A stretch of 64,000 nucleotides of DNA from Callorhinchus milii. Its lineage: Eukaryota. Position numbers and translations under genes: made by a program. The stretch lies in the NCBI RefSeq assembly GCF_018977255.1, contig NW_024704743.1, forward strand, positions 93,808,001 through 93,872,000. The letters run 5' to 3'. Below the pieces are notes generated by a model, which had not been told where the DNA came from, made no database searches, and saw only the letters and a program-made list of their open reading frames with translations. Shown piece by piece: positions 12,526-25,410 of this stretch; position 1 is the stretch's first letter, and every line of letters begins with the position of its first letter.

Positions 12526-13924
12526 AAAGGATATTTGATGCATTCTAAGATCACTCCTGCGACCGACTGACAGATAGGTTATTTTCACGGATAAGATTGA
12601 CGTCCTGAGGGAAGAGGGAAACCTTCCCAAAGGCAGTGTGAAATGAGCCACCTGCTGGTGTTCTGTAGAGGTCCTCTGTCCAGTTCAATCCCTGCTCTGC
12701 GCTGAGTAAAATGATCTCAATCAGAGTGGGAGAAAGATGCTACAATACAACAGCAGCAACAACTTGCATTTATATAGCTCCTTTCACGTGGGATAGCGTC
12801 CCGGAGTGCTTGTACAATTTCCCTGAACTTGGGTGAGGTAATGGAGAGCTGCTAGTACTTGTAGAGCTGTACCATAGAATGCAAAATTGGCTCCAGGAGG
12901 GAAAACAGAGGAGGAGAAACAGAAGAAAATGCAAGGAAAAAATATTCATGCTCTTTCAGGACAGATTTCATAAATGTTTAATCCACCTGTGCAGAAACAG
13001 AGTTCAACAATATCAGATATCATACTGAAATGTATTAGTACATATGGTAAAAATCTAAGGCATTTACACTTACTCCTCACTGACACTTGACTGAAACTGA
13101 ACGAGTGAGCCTTTTTAGAAGCCACAACACTCATTAATTCTGACTTAGGAGATACAAGATTTGCCAGTTCTAATAATGATGATGGCGACTTCATTTACGG
13201 GAGTCTATTTTGTGGTATTTCTTAGTAGGTTTTGAAATATTAAATGTGTAATTAATTAATTTCCAAATTAATTAATTGCTTTTCTTAGTATACTGAATAT
13301 TTAAAAAATTCAATAATGACACATTTCTTATTAAGAAACCTGTTAAGAAAGACCAGAAATTAGACCACACTTTTGAAAAACTACAGTTGTAGCTTAATAT
13401 AAATAAACTCAGCAGTTTGTGCCCTCGGATAGCAGGTTTTTACTTGCCATAAATGATTAATAAAGATGCTACAAAGATTATGATATTAAAATTCAATTAA
13501 CTCTTTCACTACTTGACCTGTATCCACTGTTTATTTTAGCTTCAGTCAATGTCCTGATGAAGAGTTCCCATGGCATCACTCTCAGATGCTCAATGGCCTG
13601 CTGTGCTTGAAACCGCTCTATCTGCCTGCCTGGCTCAGCATTCATCCCTCTGAATCAGAAAGTTTGTGGATTCAACCTCACATCGGAACTTCAAGCTCCT
13701 AGTGTAGGCTGTCATTTTAGTGTAATGTTGAGGGGGTGCGAAAATAAGGGCCTATCTGCCTTTTCAGGTGGATGTTAAAGCTCCTATGACACAACTTGAG
13801 AAGAGAAGGGAATTTCTCCTGGTCATTCACTTCATAATTGTTTATTGGACATTGCTGTGTGCAAATTGGCTGATATTTTTGCCTACAAATACACATAATA
13901 TAATTCACAGTAAATCCTGTGAAA

Positions 13925-14332
13925 CGAGACAAATTAAAAATTATTGGGGGCCCCCTGCACTGTGCGGAGGGGCCCCAAGTGTGGAGGCCGGGCATTGCAT
14001 TTTGCATTCACTGTCGGTTTTCTGAAGTAACACTGCCTACTCCTTTCCCACCATGCACCAGAGGAGAGCCCGGGCCGAGCACCACACCTGCTCACTGTCA
14101 CCCCCACCGAGTACCACACCTGCTCACTGTCACCCCCACTCACTGCTACTCCCACCACCCCCACTCGCTCACTATCACCCACACCTGATCACTGCTGCCC
14201 CCACCTGCTCACTGTCACCCCCACCTCTCACTGCCGCTCCCACCTGGGCATAGGGTGGTTTCACCTGGGTAGAGAAATTTGGCTGGGATCCCTAGGCACA
14301 AGCCCCGTAGGCCAGTACATTAATCTGCCCCT
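13925..14332. mobile_element. Putative non-autonomous DNA transposon (hAT-like MITE) carrying an internal minisatellite
   Basis: Flanked by the direct repeat ctgtgaaa(c) at 13917 and 14333. Degenerate terminal inverted repeats cgagacaaattaa / ttaatctgcccct. Confidence 0.65.
14081..14246. repeat. C-rich minisatellite (unit about cacctgctcactgtcacccc)
   Basis: Repeated ctcactg/ctcacta units with variable spacers. Confidence 0.85.
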
Positions 14333-16319
14333 CTGTGAAACAAGTTGAGATGTTTCGACGATGTGAAGAGGGCTGTAACAAATGCAAGGATTATTATTGT
14401 ATCCCTACCTCCCGCATTTTAACATATGGGATTTTGATCCCTTCACTAACTATTTTATCTTTTCTTTTCCAGAGACAACAAACTCTTTTACTGTTTCTTT
14501 GCAACTTAATTCACTGAATCCTGACAGCCTCTTGGTTTCTGGTGCAATGACACATCGGGCGTGGACATCACTGCTCCTGAAAATTGCAGAATGTGAGCAG
14601 AAAACTGAAGGCAGGAATAATCTACTGATATAGGTATCTCAGTCCTAACAATGAATTACTTGCCAATTGTATGTTGAATGTGATGAGTAAGTATGCTACA
14701 CCTCTACCTAACAAATTATGTAATTTCTGAAGCCACTTGAACTACTCTAGGCATTGTGTATGGAGTTAAATGATACGGGACAATAATGACCAATCAAGAG
14801 GGAAATCTTGTCCTCCACTAAACTCCATTGTGGTCACTGAATATAAAGAAGCCTTTAGCCTAATGTTCAATGACCAGATTTACTCACTGAAAGAGGTTAA
14901 ATGGAGATGAATAGCAACAAAACATAGTCACACTGCAGTTTACAGTACATCCTGTGAAATGTTTTGAGACGTCCTCTAGATGTGGAAAGGTGCTCCACCA
15001 AATGTAAGGATTTTTATTGTAACTTTGTGAAATATATGGGGGTGGGGGAATGGATAGACTTGAAACAGGGATTAGATTTCAAATGGTTAAACAACCCCTG
15101 AGAACAAAAAGAGGCTCAGTGACCCTTCCTTGACAAACGGTTGTTCAATCCGACATGTTATGTCAATCAGAAATTAGTAGCTCATTAGTGCGTAACAAGA
15201 TCACCTAGAAATTTAGGTGAAGACAGCCATTTGGGAAGAGGGAGCAGCACAGTGAATCCCATTCCTGTCCTCGCCTGAAATACACACACCTGAATCTTTC
15301 AGCAAGCGATCATGAAGACAGTCTGATTTCCCCCTCCCCAACCCAGGTACAATTGTAATACTTGCCAACTTCTGGTCTGTAATGGTCTGCACTGGGCAGT
15401 GCCTTTCCCACCATTGTGGTAGATTGCACAAATTGGCTGCTGGATTTACCTGTAATATACACAGTCACTACACTTTGTAATCCTGTGAAGCTCTTTGAGG
15501 CATCCTCCTGCCATGAAAGGTGCTGTATCTAATGCAAGGAATATCATAGGTTATAAGCTAGGTTGCTATCATGGGCTACTGGCTATCAAAAATCCAATGT
15601 AATACTTTCCAAGCAGTTCAGTTTATTTGGCAGTCGAGCACACTGTTGCAGTGGCATTGATTGTTGGGATCTTGTAGCTCAGTTCATCCTGTGAGGAGCC
15701 TGCAATCTGATCAAAATAAATGGTTAAAGAAGAAAAAGGCAAAACGCATTAAAAAAGTGAAACATTGAAATCCACAATCTCTTATTTGTCTTTAACTTCC
15801 CGTGATTGAATTACACCCAAAAAAAGGACTTGCTGGGCTACTGTGTAATGGAAACTAGGCTCTTTTTGCTCCAAGTTGCGAAGGAAATTGTTGAAAAGAT
15901 TTTGTGGAAGAACAAGATCTTTTATTTCTCTTTGGGTTGGAGCAGGCAAGCCATCTGGAAGCAGAGCCAAATTTCTTCTGTAGCCATGAAAAATGAGAGG
16001 TGGGAATCAAGACTAATAAAATTTGAGAATCTGCGGTGTAACTGCTCAGAATGATACTCCTGCTGATAACAATATGCATTGATAATTATCAGGTATTTCT
16101 GTGCGCTTTGAACTACTCGGACAAGGAGTACAAAGGTCATCAGCTGAAATCCGAGCAGCAACATCAACTGTGGTCATCATGTGGAATCTTTGCAATGGGA
16201 GTGGATTTTCTTTTAATTACTTTGACTCAGTCACTGGAGAAAACAAAGCGGACATTCACATATATACATATGTTTGACACCGAGATTAAAACTGTTTGCT
16301 AAAAGGAGAATGTTTTTAT

Positions 16320-16797
16320 AATAAAAATCCTGGTATTTGATATAGTGCTGATCACATTATTGAGATATCTCAAAACGCTTCGCTGGATTTTACTATGAAG
16401 CAGAAGTGACCGTGTACTTGTAGGTAAATGCGACAGCCAATTTGTATACAGCAATACAATACAAAATTCAATACAAAATGATATTGGGAGGATGTGAATG
16501 TCTCACAAACAGCTATGAAGTGATTGAACAATTTTATCTTGGAATTGTTGGCCAGGATACCGGAGATATTTCCCTACTCTTTTCGGGTAGTGCCTGGGAT
16601 CTTTGACCTCCAACTAAACAGGTAGGTGGATCTTCAGTTTAACTTTTCATCTGAACGATGGCACCTCAATGATGCACCACTTCCCCCAACACTACAGGTG
16701 GAGTGTCAGCCTAGACTGTGACATGGGGCATGAACCCACAACCTTCTGTTTCAGAGGCGGTAGGTAGTACTACCAACTGAGCCAGGCTGATACCTGA
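16320..16797 (-). mobile_element. SacSINE1-like Deu-SINE, near full length
   Basis: Reverse complement starts tcagcctggctcagttggtagtact..gcctctgaaacagaaggttgtgggttca; Deu-like body and L2-type tail. Confidence 0.82.
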
Positions 16798-18374
16798 CAC
16801 GGTACAGTCTAAATTTCATAAAGCTATTCCATGCTTTGGTGACTGTCTGACCATTTGACTGACCTTGCTGACCATGGCATTCCTGACTGAATAACGGTAA
16901 TGTTCTTTTATGGGTGAGGGGAGGGGGAGAAGGAAACAAATCGATAAGATCATTGACGTTCACGGCTGAATTATTCTCTGAATTAATCATGTACATTGCC
17001 GGTAACCATCAGTTGCCTTTGATAGGCTGAAACTACTGATGAGCCAACAAATTAAAAAATCTCAAACCTCAGTATGAAAAATTTAAATATAAAATCTAAT
17101 CTGTCAGAATCATAGAGCACAGAGAGATGCCATTCACAAAATGATTAGTAAATAGTAGATACTAGTACATCGCACTGATGTGGTTTGAATCGAAACTCTG
17201 CAACTCCATTCAGACGCCGATCTCCTGCTGAGTTTCCTAGTAGTCTTCCATGGCCAAAATTCAGCGTCAACACACTTAAAACTCAGATTGGTGATCGGGT
17301 ATCAGGGCTTTGCATGGGCATATAAAAATATACATGGAAGCATATTTCTGTTTGGTCACGAATCTGAAATAGCTACAATCTGGTTTTAATATACAATTTA
17401 TAGACACACACAGGAAATCTAGATTACTTTAAGAGGCGCATTATGTCATTTTGATTTTTTTTGATGGTTTGGAATTATTAAGCAATTTTCAAAGGAAATG
17501 CAGAGGAATTGGTTTGCTCGTTCACTGTCTATATTTTACCTAACATCAAAAGGAAGTAGGAACGATGAGGGGGCAAGGAGTCTGAACAGGCACTGACTCT
17601 TTGTCAGCCAATTAGATGCACATTTCAGGCTATTACATTTCCTCTCTGTGACGGAGTTTTATTTTTCACCTGGGAACCTTGCTCTGAAGCTGGCTTGCCT
17701 TACAAAAGCAGCATGACATCTTGTAAATTGCACGGTCCTGCCACCGAGAGTGATATACAACAGAGCTGCAATTCATGTGATCTTTTGAAGGAATTTCTGC
17801 TGCTCTGGAGGAGTACGTGGCGGAGGTCGTATGTGGGGGCAGGCAGACTTGAGGAAGAACAGAGAGATGCTCCTCTCTGAGATACTGATTGCATTGATTC
17901 CAGAAGGCATTGATCTGGAGCTACCCAGAATCACACAATGCAGAACAGATCTGGAGCCTGGTGTTCAGAATTGAGGTCACTACAGGTGACACACACTGCT
18001 CGAAGTGCCTTTCCTCTTTACACCCATGGCATGATTTCTGCAACAACTCGATAAAACATGAAAGGGCGCTGCAAAAATTGCACACTTCTCCCTTAGCAGC
18101 AAAGTAATGCTTAAGAGGCAATTTATTCGAATTCATTCCAATAGGACTACATTTTTTATGTGTATGTGTATGTCTGTGTGTGTTGGGGAGGGGGGGTTAT
18201 TGCTCATATGTACAAAATATTATTTTATTGCAGTCCAATGCGCAGCATTGTGGTGGCTGAGGTTAGATATCTAAGTGTTATCTAGTAATATTAATATGGC
18301 TATACTTTGATACAGCTTCATATAAAGTCATGGATGCAATCTACATCTCACAGAGCCAGTACAGAACCTCAGGG

Positions 18375-19055
18375 TTCTGTTGGACACTCAACTGTCCCTC
18401 ATACCCCACATCCGTGCCATGACCCGCTCTGCCTTTCTCCACCTCTGCAATATCGCTCAGCTCTGCCACTGTCTCACACTGCAGGCTGCCGAGACCCTCA
18501 TACTCCCTGCTTGTTGGCCTCCCCAACTCTTCCCTCCACACTCTGCAGATTGTCCAGAACTCTGCAGCCCATGTCCTCTCCCGCACCAGGCTCCACGAGC
18601 CTATCATCCCCATCCTCACCCGACTCCACTGGCTTCCCATCACACAAAAGATACAGTTCAAGATCCTGGTTCTCACCTTCAAAGCCCTCCATGGTCTTGC
18701 TTCCCCCTACCTCTGAGACCTCGTAACCCCCACCAACCTGTGCCCTCTCTTCGCTCAGTAGGCTCCGGCCTGCTTCACGTTCCCCCATTGGTGGGGGGGC
18801 CTTCAGCCATTCTGCCTCCAACCTCTGGAACTCCATCCCGCAGTCCCTCCACCTCGTCCCCTCCCTTGCCGCCTTCAAGACCTGTCTCAAGACCTTCTTC
18901 TTCGACCGTGCCTTCAGTCACCCTCCTTCCCTCTACCCTCCACTTTCCCCGATCCCAAATCCCAACTCAGGTCCAAAACACTGATTGTCCAGTTTTTTGG
19001 GGCTGTCCTCCCGACGTGAAAGGCGCTATACAAATGTAATTTTGTTGTTGTTGTT
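18375..19055 (+). mobile_element. L2 LINE 3' fragment
   Basis: Encodes LIPHIRAMTRSAFLHLCNIAQL..LQAAETLI. Tail cctcccgacgtgaaaggcgctatacaaatg..(TTG)n. Closely similar to 11815-12525. Confidence 0.93.
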
Positions 19056-20227
19056 TCTTACCTTTATAAGTTAAAAGCACATGGTATGGAAGGAATGTTC
19101 CATTGAAATTTTCACTCACAAACACAGTCACTCCATTTTACAGCAACTCCAGTGAAGTGCTTTGAGATGTCCGCCAACGTGAAAGGTGTTATATCAGATG
19201 TAAAGAATATAATAATTGTTATTATTATTATGTTTCCCCTATCTTTGGGTGCTGGGAATCCGGTGAATTAGAGCATATTTTGATCTACATAATTGGGGTG
19301 GAAAATATGACTGAAGTGTCACATTTTTTACCCTTTTGCTTCTTGATAAATCAAAATTGCTTTTGAATGGAAGGAACTGATTGTAATATCATAATTTCAG
19401 GATGTTGAACAAAATTATCAACTGGATGAAAAGATACTTGAGGAAAATAATTTGCTTCTGCAAGCTGCGTCAGTCTCAATTTTAATTTAAATCTCTATTT
19501 TCTCATGCTTGCTACATATCCCTTCTCCAGTAACCATTCAAACCCATTTTTATCATACTTGAGAGATTAAGACTGCCTGTGGATGTCTTATCTCCAAGAT
19601 GAACATTAGTGATGTGATTCCTGGACCTCCCAGAACACTTGAAAAGAGTGAAAGATGGATCCTGCTTTTTCCATGCTAAACAAATAGCTACATGCAATGC
19701 TAACAACGTGCACTTTTCAGAGAAACCAGGTGCAATGGTCAATCACAAGTGATCTTCAAACTTCAGCAACTCTCTGAAGTCACAACTCTCTGGCCACTCT
19801 ATCTCTTTAATGAATTGCATAGGCACCAGTTTTCTCCAATCTTAAGACGAGTACATCTTGGGGAAACTTTTAAAAAGGGAAACGTATTAAATATTTATTG
19901 GCAAACATTTTTTTCTGTTTTTGCCAAAACGCTGCAGCACAATGGTTGTGTCAAACTATATCATTGCCTCTCAATAGCATCAGATCAGTGCCAACATGCC
20001 ATGTGTCTGTTCCAGCTGTTTCCACTCCCCAGGGACCTTTATAACATATCACAGGCTTCATATTGCAGTCCCAACTTTTGCTTAGACGTCAGTCCTTTTC
20101 TGCTGGAGGAGTTTTCTTTTGTTTTGTATCTACTGTCAGGAGCAAAGGCACTCCTGAAAATACAGTGATGTGGAGCAGGCAATAGAGTGATGTTTACTGT
20201 TATTATTATTATTGTGTGTCAGGGGGG

Positions 20228-20506
20228 GCTGAGTTGGTAGCTCTTTAATCTGGGTCAGAAGGTGGTGATTCAAGCCACTACTTCAGATCTTGCAGACTCA
20301 AAGAGTAGGGTGACAGCCCAGGTCAGTGTTGAGGGAGTGCTGCATTTTCATTGGTGCTATCCTTTGGATAAAATGTTAAACTGAGTTCCCATCTATCTGT
20401 TCAAACAGGTGGACGTTAAGATCCCAGCACTTTATAATTGCTTAGGAAGCATTTTCAGATGGTTTGATGTTGACGGTGCTGTATTAAATGCAAGAATTAT
20501 TATTAT
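20228..20506 (+). mobile_element. SacSINE1-like Deu-SINE with internal deletion
   Basis: gctgagttggtagc..tcagaagg..gagggagtgctgcatt..caggtggacgttaagatccc, ending aaatgcaagaattattatt. Confidence 0.75.
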
Positions 20507-20639
20507 GTGAAGCAGATAATACAATGATGTGGAGCAGAGAACACAAAAGTCTTTAATAACATTAACAAATGACCCTTTGATCATTCACGGACTCTGCAGA
20601 TTCACGATAAGGAATTTACTGATAAGAGCAAGCCAGGAG

Positions 20640-20775
20640 AGAAGGTCCATGGAGTCAGAGGAGGCAGCCAGGATCTTACAAAGAGAGTTTAACATGGTCC
20701 GCACTTGGGCTAATCACTGGCAGATGAAGTTCAATACAAATAAATATACAGTACTCCAAATAGGAATTACAGCTA
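20640..20775 (+). mobile_element. CR1 LINE RT fragment
   Basis: Encodes ILQREFNMVRTWANHWQMKFNTNKYTVLQIG, the CR1 'LQxDL..WA..WQMxFNxxKC' motif. Confidence 0.85.
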
Positions 20776-21727
20776 GGAGATAGAATTTGGCAAGAGTGGA
20801 AGTTGAAAATAACCGAGGAGTGTTAGTTGACTTATTGCTGATTGTGAAACAAGTTGGAAAATCCCATAGAAATAATAAAGGAACCATTGTTTTGTATTAC
20901 TTGTTAAAAGCATAAATCCCCATTGTAAAATTATAGGGGCAAGATTTGTGATGTCCCTTAACCTATTCCATGTGTTAATTAGCATAAGGAAAAAGTTAAG
21001 GAACACTGGAAATTTATCCCAAAGATAAGAATGGAGGCACATTTAGTGATGAGGTGTGGGTTCAATTCCCCCAGTCCTTGTTCTCAGCTAGATGCCCATG
21101 GGCAGGCACTGAGCAGAGCGCCTGCCCATGCCCACAAATGCAGATATCTAGCTGTTGAATATAAATGTGTAAAGTCTGTCAGTACTGGATGTGAGAGAAT
21201 TCCTGGGTAACATCAACCCTTTGCTATACATTGACAAACAGCTACAATCGGGTCTCATTTGCAATACTTGTAAAAGGGAGGAGGGAGAGTTAATTGTGAT
21301 TCCCACTTCATTTACAATATTTGCAAAATTGCTATTTGAGATTTTTAAAAGCTTCAAAAAGTGCAGGGAAACACATATGAGAGGAAACAATCAGCTGTAG
21401 AAAGTGTTTTATTTTCCAGACTATTTTCACAATTTTCCAGCTTTTGGAAATTCTGACGAGCAATTTTGTAAATATCACAAAATCCAAACTACCCATCCCA
21501 TTTGCCAATATCACAAAATCAGTATTGCATAAACTCAACCATCACTTTCCCTCAGTCTGAGTATGAATAAAGTAACTTACCAGAATAGTATACATCAAAG
21601 CATGTTGACATGCAATATCAGCAAAGTATTCAGCCTTGTCTCAGAACTATTACACAGGGGCTTTTTACTTTTCCATTTCTCTACCAATGTCTAGTTTGAG
21701 AGGGAAATTTTGAAGCATGATGGTATA

Positions 21728-21990
21728 ACAACTTGAATTTACATAGCATCCTTCACTTAAGAGGTATCACAGAGTGCTTCACAGAGACAGGGTAGGTTGT
21801 CGAGTGAAGGAGAAGAGGGAAAAGGAAAGGGGAGATAAGCGCGGGCGAAGAGGTAGGTTTTTCAATGGGATTTAAAGACTGATAAAGGGGGCAAGAAGGA
21901 GGAGTAGAGGAAGGGAGTTCCAGAGGTTAGGGCATAGCACTTGAAAGCTTGGGCCCTAATGAACATCAATAGTAAGACTGGGGCAAACCC
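21728..21990 (-). mobile_element. Old L2 3' fragment
   Basis: L2 tail (caacttgaatttacatagc..gtgcttcacagag) and gagttccagag motif (reverse complement of the LWNSL coding sequence). Confidence 0.65.
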
Positions 21991-22024
21991 GCACAACTGA
22001 ACAGTAGTTTCATTATAATGACAG

Positions 22025-22203
22025 TAATAATAATAATCCTTGCATTTGATATAATCCTTGCGGACAGCAGCGTCCCACAAAAGTTGTGGATTGAGCGACC
22101 AAATTCTTTTTTTTCAATTTATTTTACCCCTGCCCAAAAAGCGAACCGCCTATCGACTAATAACCAGGTTCCTACTTATTGCTAGATAAACAGAGGCGCG
22201 TGG
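22025..22203 (-). mobile_element. Long-form tRNA-Ala SINE fragment with internal deletion
   Basis: (TTA)n tail plus ggttcctacttattgctagataaacagaggcgcgtgg, the long-form segment. Confidence 0.75.
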
Positions 22204-22209
22204 TGCCAA

Positions 22210-22306
22210 TATGTTAACCCTTTCTCTTTCAGATGCTGGATGAACCTGATGTGATATCTTCCATATTAATTTCACATTTCCATCATCCACAGGTTTTTTT
22301 TTGCTT
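22210..22306 (+). mobile_element. Degenerate Penelope pseudo-LTR fragment
   Basis: gttaac..tctct..cagatgctg..acctg..atttcca.catc resembles the reverse complement of 9229-9340. Confidence 0.5.
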
Positions 22307-22562
22307 TCTATTTCTACTGGGAGTTTTATTCTGGCAGCCTCTTAAACGTTTTTGTTTTGTTTTTCTTTTTTTGGAAAAAAAACTTGCGCTGGGATTTTAT
22401 TGGAAAAAATAAAACAAGTAATTGAGAGATTTATGGGCTCAGTTCATGTAACAGGGACAATTAAACTGACGGTCCTTGGAGCTGAATCATCTAAATGTTC
22501 TGTGAGAAGGAATGAGGAATGGCGTGAAATTAACTGTGAAGATATAACTGTACTGAATGTAC

Positions 22563-22598
<36 letters not shown>
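22563..22598. repeat. Compound microsatellite (GT)n(GA)n
   Basis: Directly visible. Confidence 0.97.
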
Positions 22599-22599
<1 letters not shown>

Positions 22600-25189
22600 T
22601 GCTGTGTGGGGTGGGCTAGGAGGAGCAGGAGGAGAAACTGGGAATCTGTAACTCATTGTGGTTGGATTTTACTGGTCTGGGTGGCAAGATCCTGAGTCTT
22701 GGACATTCATCAACCTGCTGAGCGAGCCGCCAGGCTGGAGCCACTGCCTTTTTCACCGTGTCAGTGTGATCCAGTCCAACTGTGCAAAGTGTGGCTCTGC
22801 GCAGACGTGCTCTGGTCAGCCCAAATAATTCCTGCTCTGACTTCTCTCTGAGGTATTTTTTAAAACTCTGCAGAGCACTGGCTGCAGTACAGAAGGAAGC
22901 CCACAGGAAGTTTACATCAGTGCTCTCCACCTTCACAAATTCACCACTTAACCAGACACAGACACAGAGGGGTTTCAGTGTCTACTAAACAGTAAACTGT
23001 TACTCACATTCTGCATATTTCTCCGATGTCTAATTAAAACCTTTTGTATTTAAATGTGTCTGTGCTCCACGCCACCCTGCCACCCCCATCCGACTTGCTT
23101 GAAAAGCTGCAGTTATCCCCCCAGATAAAGTTAGTCAGCCACTTGAAGGCTGTTTGTGGGACATTGTTGATCAGCAAATGAACTGTCACGTTCAGCCTAC
23201 AAATACACAGTCAGTACATTTTGCAGAAACTTTTGTGCAGTGCTTTGATGTGCCCTGGTTATTATAGACCTAAGAGAAGTCAGCCAAATGCAAGGATGAT
23301 ATTTAATCATTATTTGTTGTTCAGTCACTAACGTTTTCTGCATTACTAAGAAGGTTTCAGACAGGATTTCAGAGTTATATGAAAGAAGCTGCATCATTTC
23401 TCTTACTGTCTGAAGGAGGTTTATTTGGTCACTGTTAGTCACAATGGTTCAGATGAAGGACACTAATCGAATGCAGTGGGGACACAGTTCAGTGTTAAAA
23501 TAATTGATATTTTTAAAAGAACAACCTACACCATCCTTCACTGGGAATAGCAAATAAATGTCATTTTGTGGTGATATAGTGGAGTTTAATTTACCCTATG
23601 AGCGCTGAACCTTCTTTGCAGCTTGTAAAACATGCACTTAATCACCTAAAATAATTTCATGTATGTATTGCAGCGAGTGGGAGCAATGTCTCATACCTCT
23701 GTTATAGAGGTCAGAGGTCAGGCATGTCACCAGATATGACCTCCATTTGCTTTCTATAAATGACATAATCCAGTTAGTTGCAATCAGCATTGGTATTGAG
23801 ACCCACCTCAGGCGGAGGTCGCACCTCAGTGCTGTTTCAGACATATGTGGACACTTAGTAGTGTAAACTGCTAGCCAGACTCCCAAAGCAAATTCCTGTT
23901 ATTCTCATACTCCTGCCTACCAGTTCGCCTTGTCTTCAAACGCCATTGTTCTTTCTTGTCCTCATAATAACAATAATAGTGTCATTTAATTTCATATTAA
24001 AGTTATGCACAATGGCATATGCTGACGTATGCACTTTATGAACAACTACATATACACACAAACGTGCAAATTCACATACACAAAGTCAGGCAGACATATT
24101 CAGTGTTGCACACAGTGTTGCACACAGAACATGCCCACATAAGCATATGCTTACACGTGTGCACACACAAATATGCACGCAAGAGCAAAATTTGTGGTGA
24201 TTTTTAACAGATCTAAGGCCTGAAATGCCATCCAGTATTAGTCTGTAATCCATTACGCAACTTTCTCAATTTGGAAGTCGGTTCTTTTAAAGAGCTGCGA
24301 AAGTCAGCTTTCAAATTAAGAATGAATTTAGGAACTTTCCACAGTTCTATACAATCTTAAATTTGAAGGCAAAATGGTCCTACACGTAAATACAAAGTGG
24401 AAGTTCAATTTCAAATTGAGGAAGGAATCCACATCTTTAATTTATTTAATCCCAGAGTTCAGAGGAGAGTCGTGAAACACTCAAGTGACAATGTCATCAT
24501 CTGAACCCCATGATTAGATTAAAGCCTTGTAATTCACTGAAATAAAAAGAGAAAAGGTAAGAAAATCAACAACAAGGCAATCAACATCTCAAAGAGAAAA
24601 AATAGTTCAACATTTTGGAATTTATTTCATTCCTCACAATTCACTACCAGGAACCAGGAGTGCCTAATAAGCACTCAGAGACGCACAATCAACAACAACA
24701 ATAACTTGCATTTATATAGCACCTGAAAGGCGCTATATAAATGCAAGTTATTGTTGTTGATTGTTGGAGCATAATTCAGATGAGATGTTAAACTAAAGTT
24801 CCATCTCTCTACAAGGTCAAATTTCCTTTCTTCTCCTCAGTGTTCAACTATCCCTATTACCGTTGTTAATAGTTTCATCCTGCTTAAAAAATATTACAAA
24901 AGTGCAAGTCATTATCATGGAACAAATCCTTAAAGAGAAATGGTGGATGCATTCACAGTTAATTTGTAGGAATAAAGTACATTCAGGAACTCAGATTAAG
25001 CCTTAAATCATGAACCATAAACTTATCTTAAACATTAAAAATCCTATGTAGCTGTTCTGTTGTTACTGTTACTGTGTAACAACAGAACAGCTACATAGCT
25101 TAGAGACATTATTATTCTATTTTGCACATTTTAATGGCAGTTGATATGGTGGACAACAATGGCCAGGCACTTTTTGTAGATCACAAGGC

Positions 25190-25410
25190 CCCTTATGTAT
25201 GGAGACTAGAACTGTATGTAGTACTCTTGGTGAACTGTGACCAGAGCACTATACAGCTTGAGTCTGACTTCTGGGAATCTGAACTCAATTCATTTGATAG
25301 TATTATCCAGTATCCTGTCTTCTTTTTTATTACTGCCTCACACTGTTTTGATATGGTGCATGATGAGGCAACTACCACACCTATATCTAAACCTTTGCCA
25401 GGCTAAAATT
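25190..25410 (-). mobile_element. Highly decayed CR1 ORF2 fragment
   Basis: Minus strand reads EVRLKLYSALVTVHQEYYIQF*SP; compare EVMMNLYKTLVRPQLEYCVQFW in the 55488-56045 copy. Confidence 0.75.

Larger units (their letters stand above)
13625..14400 (+). mobile_element. SacSINE1-like Deu-SINE split by a nested insertion at 13925-14332
   Basis: Head ctggctcag..ctctgaatcagaaag, body caggtggatgttaaag..gacattgctgtgtgcaaattggctg. The tail resumes at 14333 and ends aaatgcaaggattattatt. Confidence 0.8.

Noticed and set aside
14081..14246. Repeat-spacer pattern as a CRISPR array
   Set aside because: The units are degenerate and contiguous with no unique spacers or cas genes, and the context is vertebrate.
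17700..18136. Two adjacent minus-strand ORFs as one coding exon
   Set aside because: They are in different frames and separated by a stop; no homology recognised.
18380..19039. Longest ORF in the track (219 aa) as a host gene
   Set aside because: It is a frameshifted L2 ORF2 fragment reading into the C-rich 3' region.
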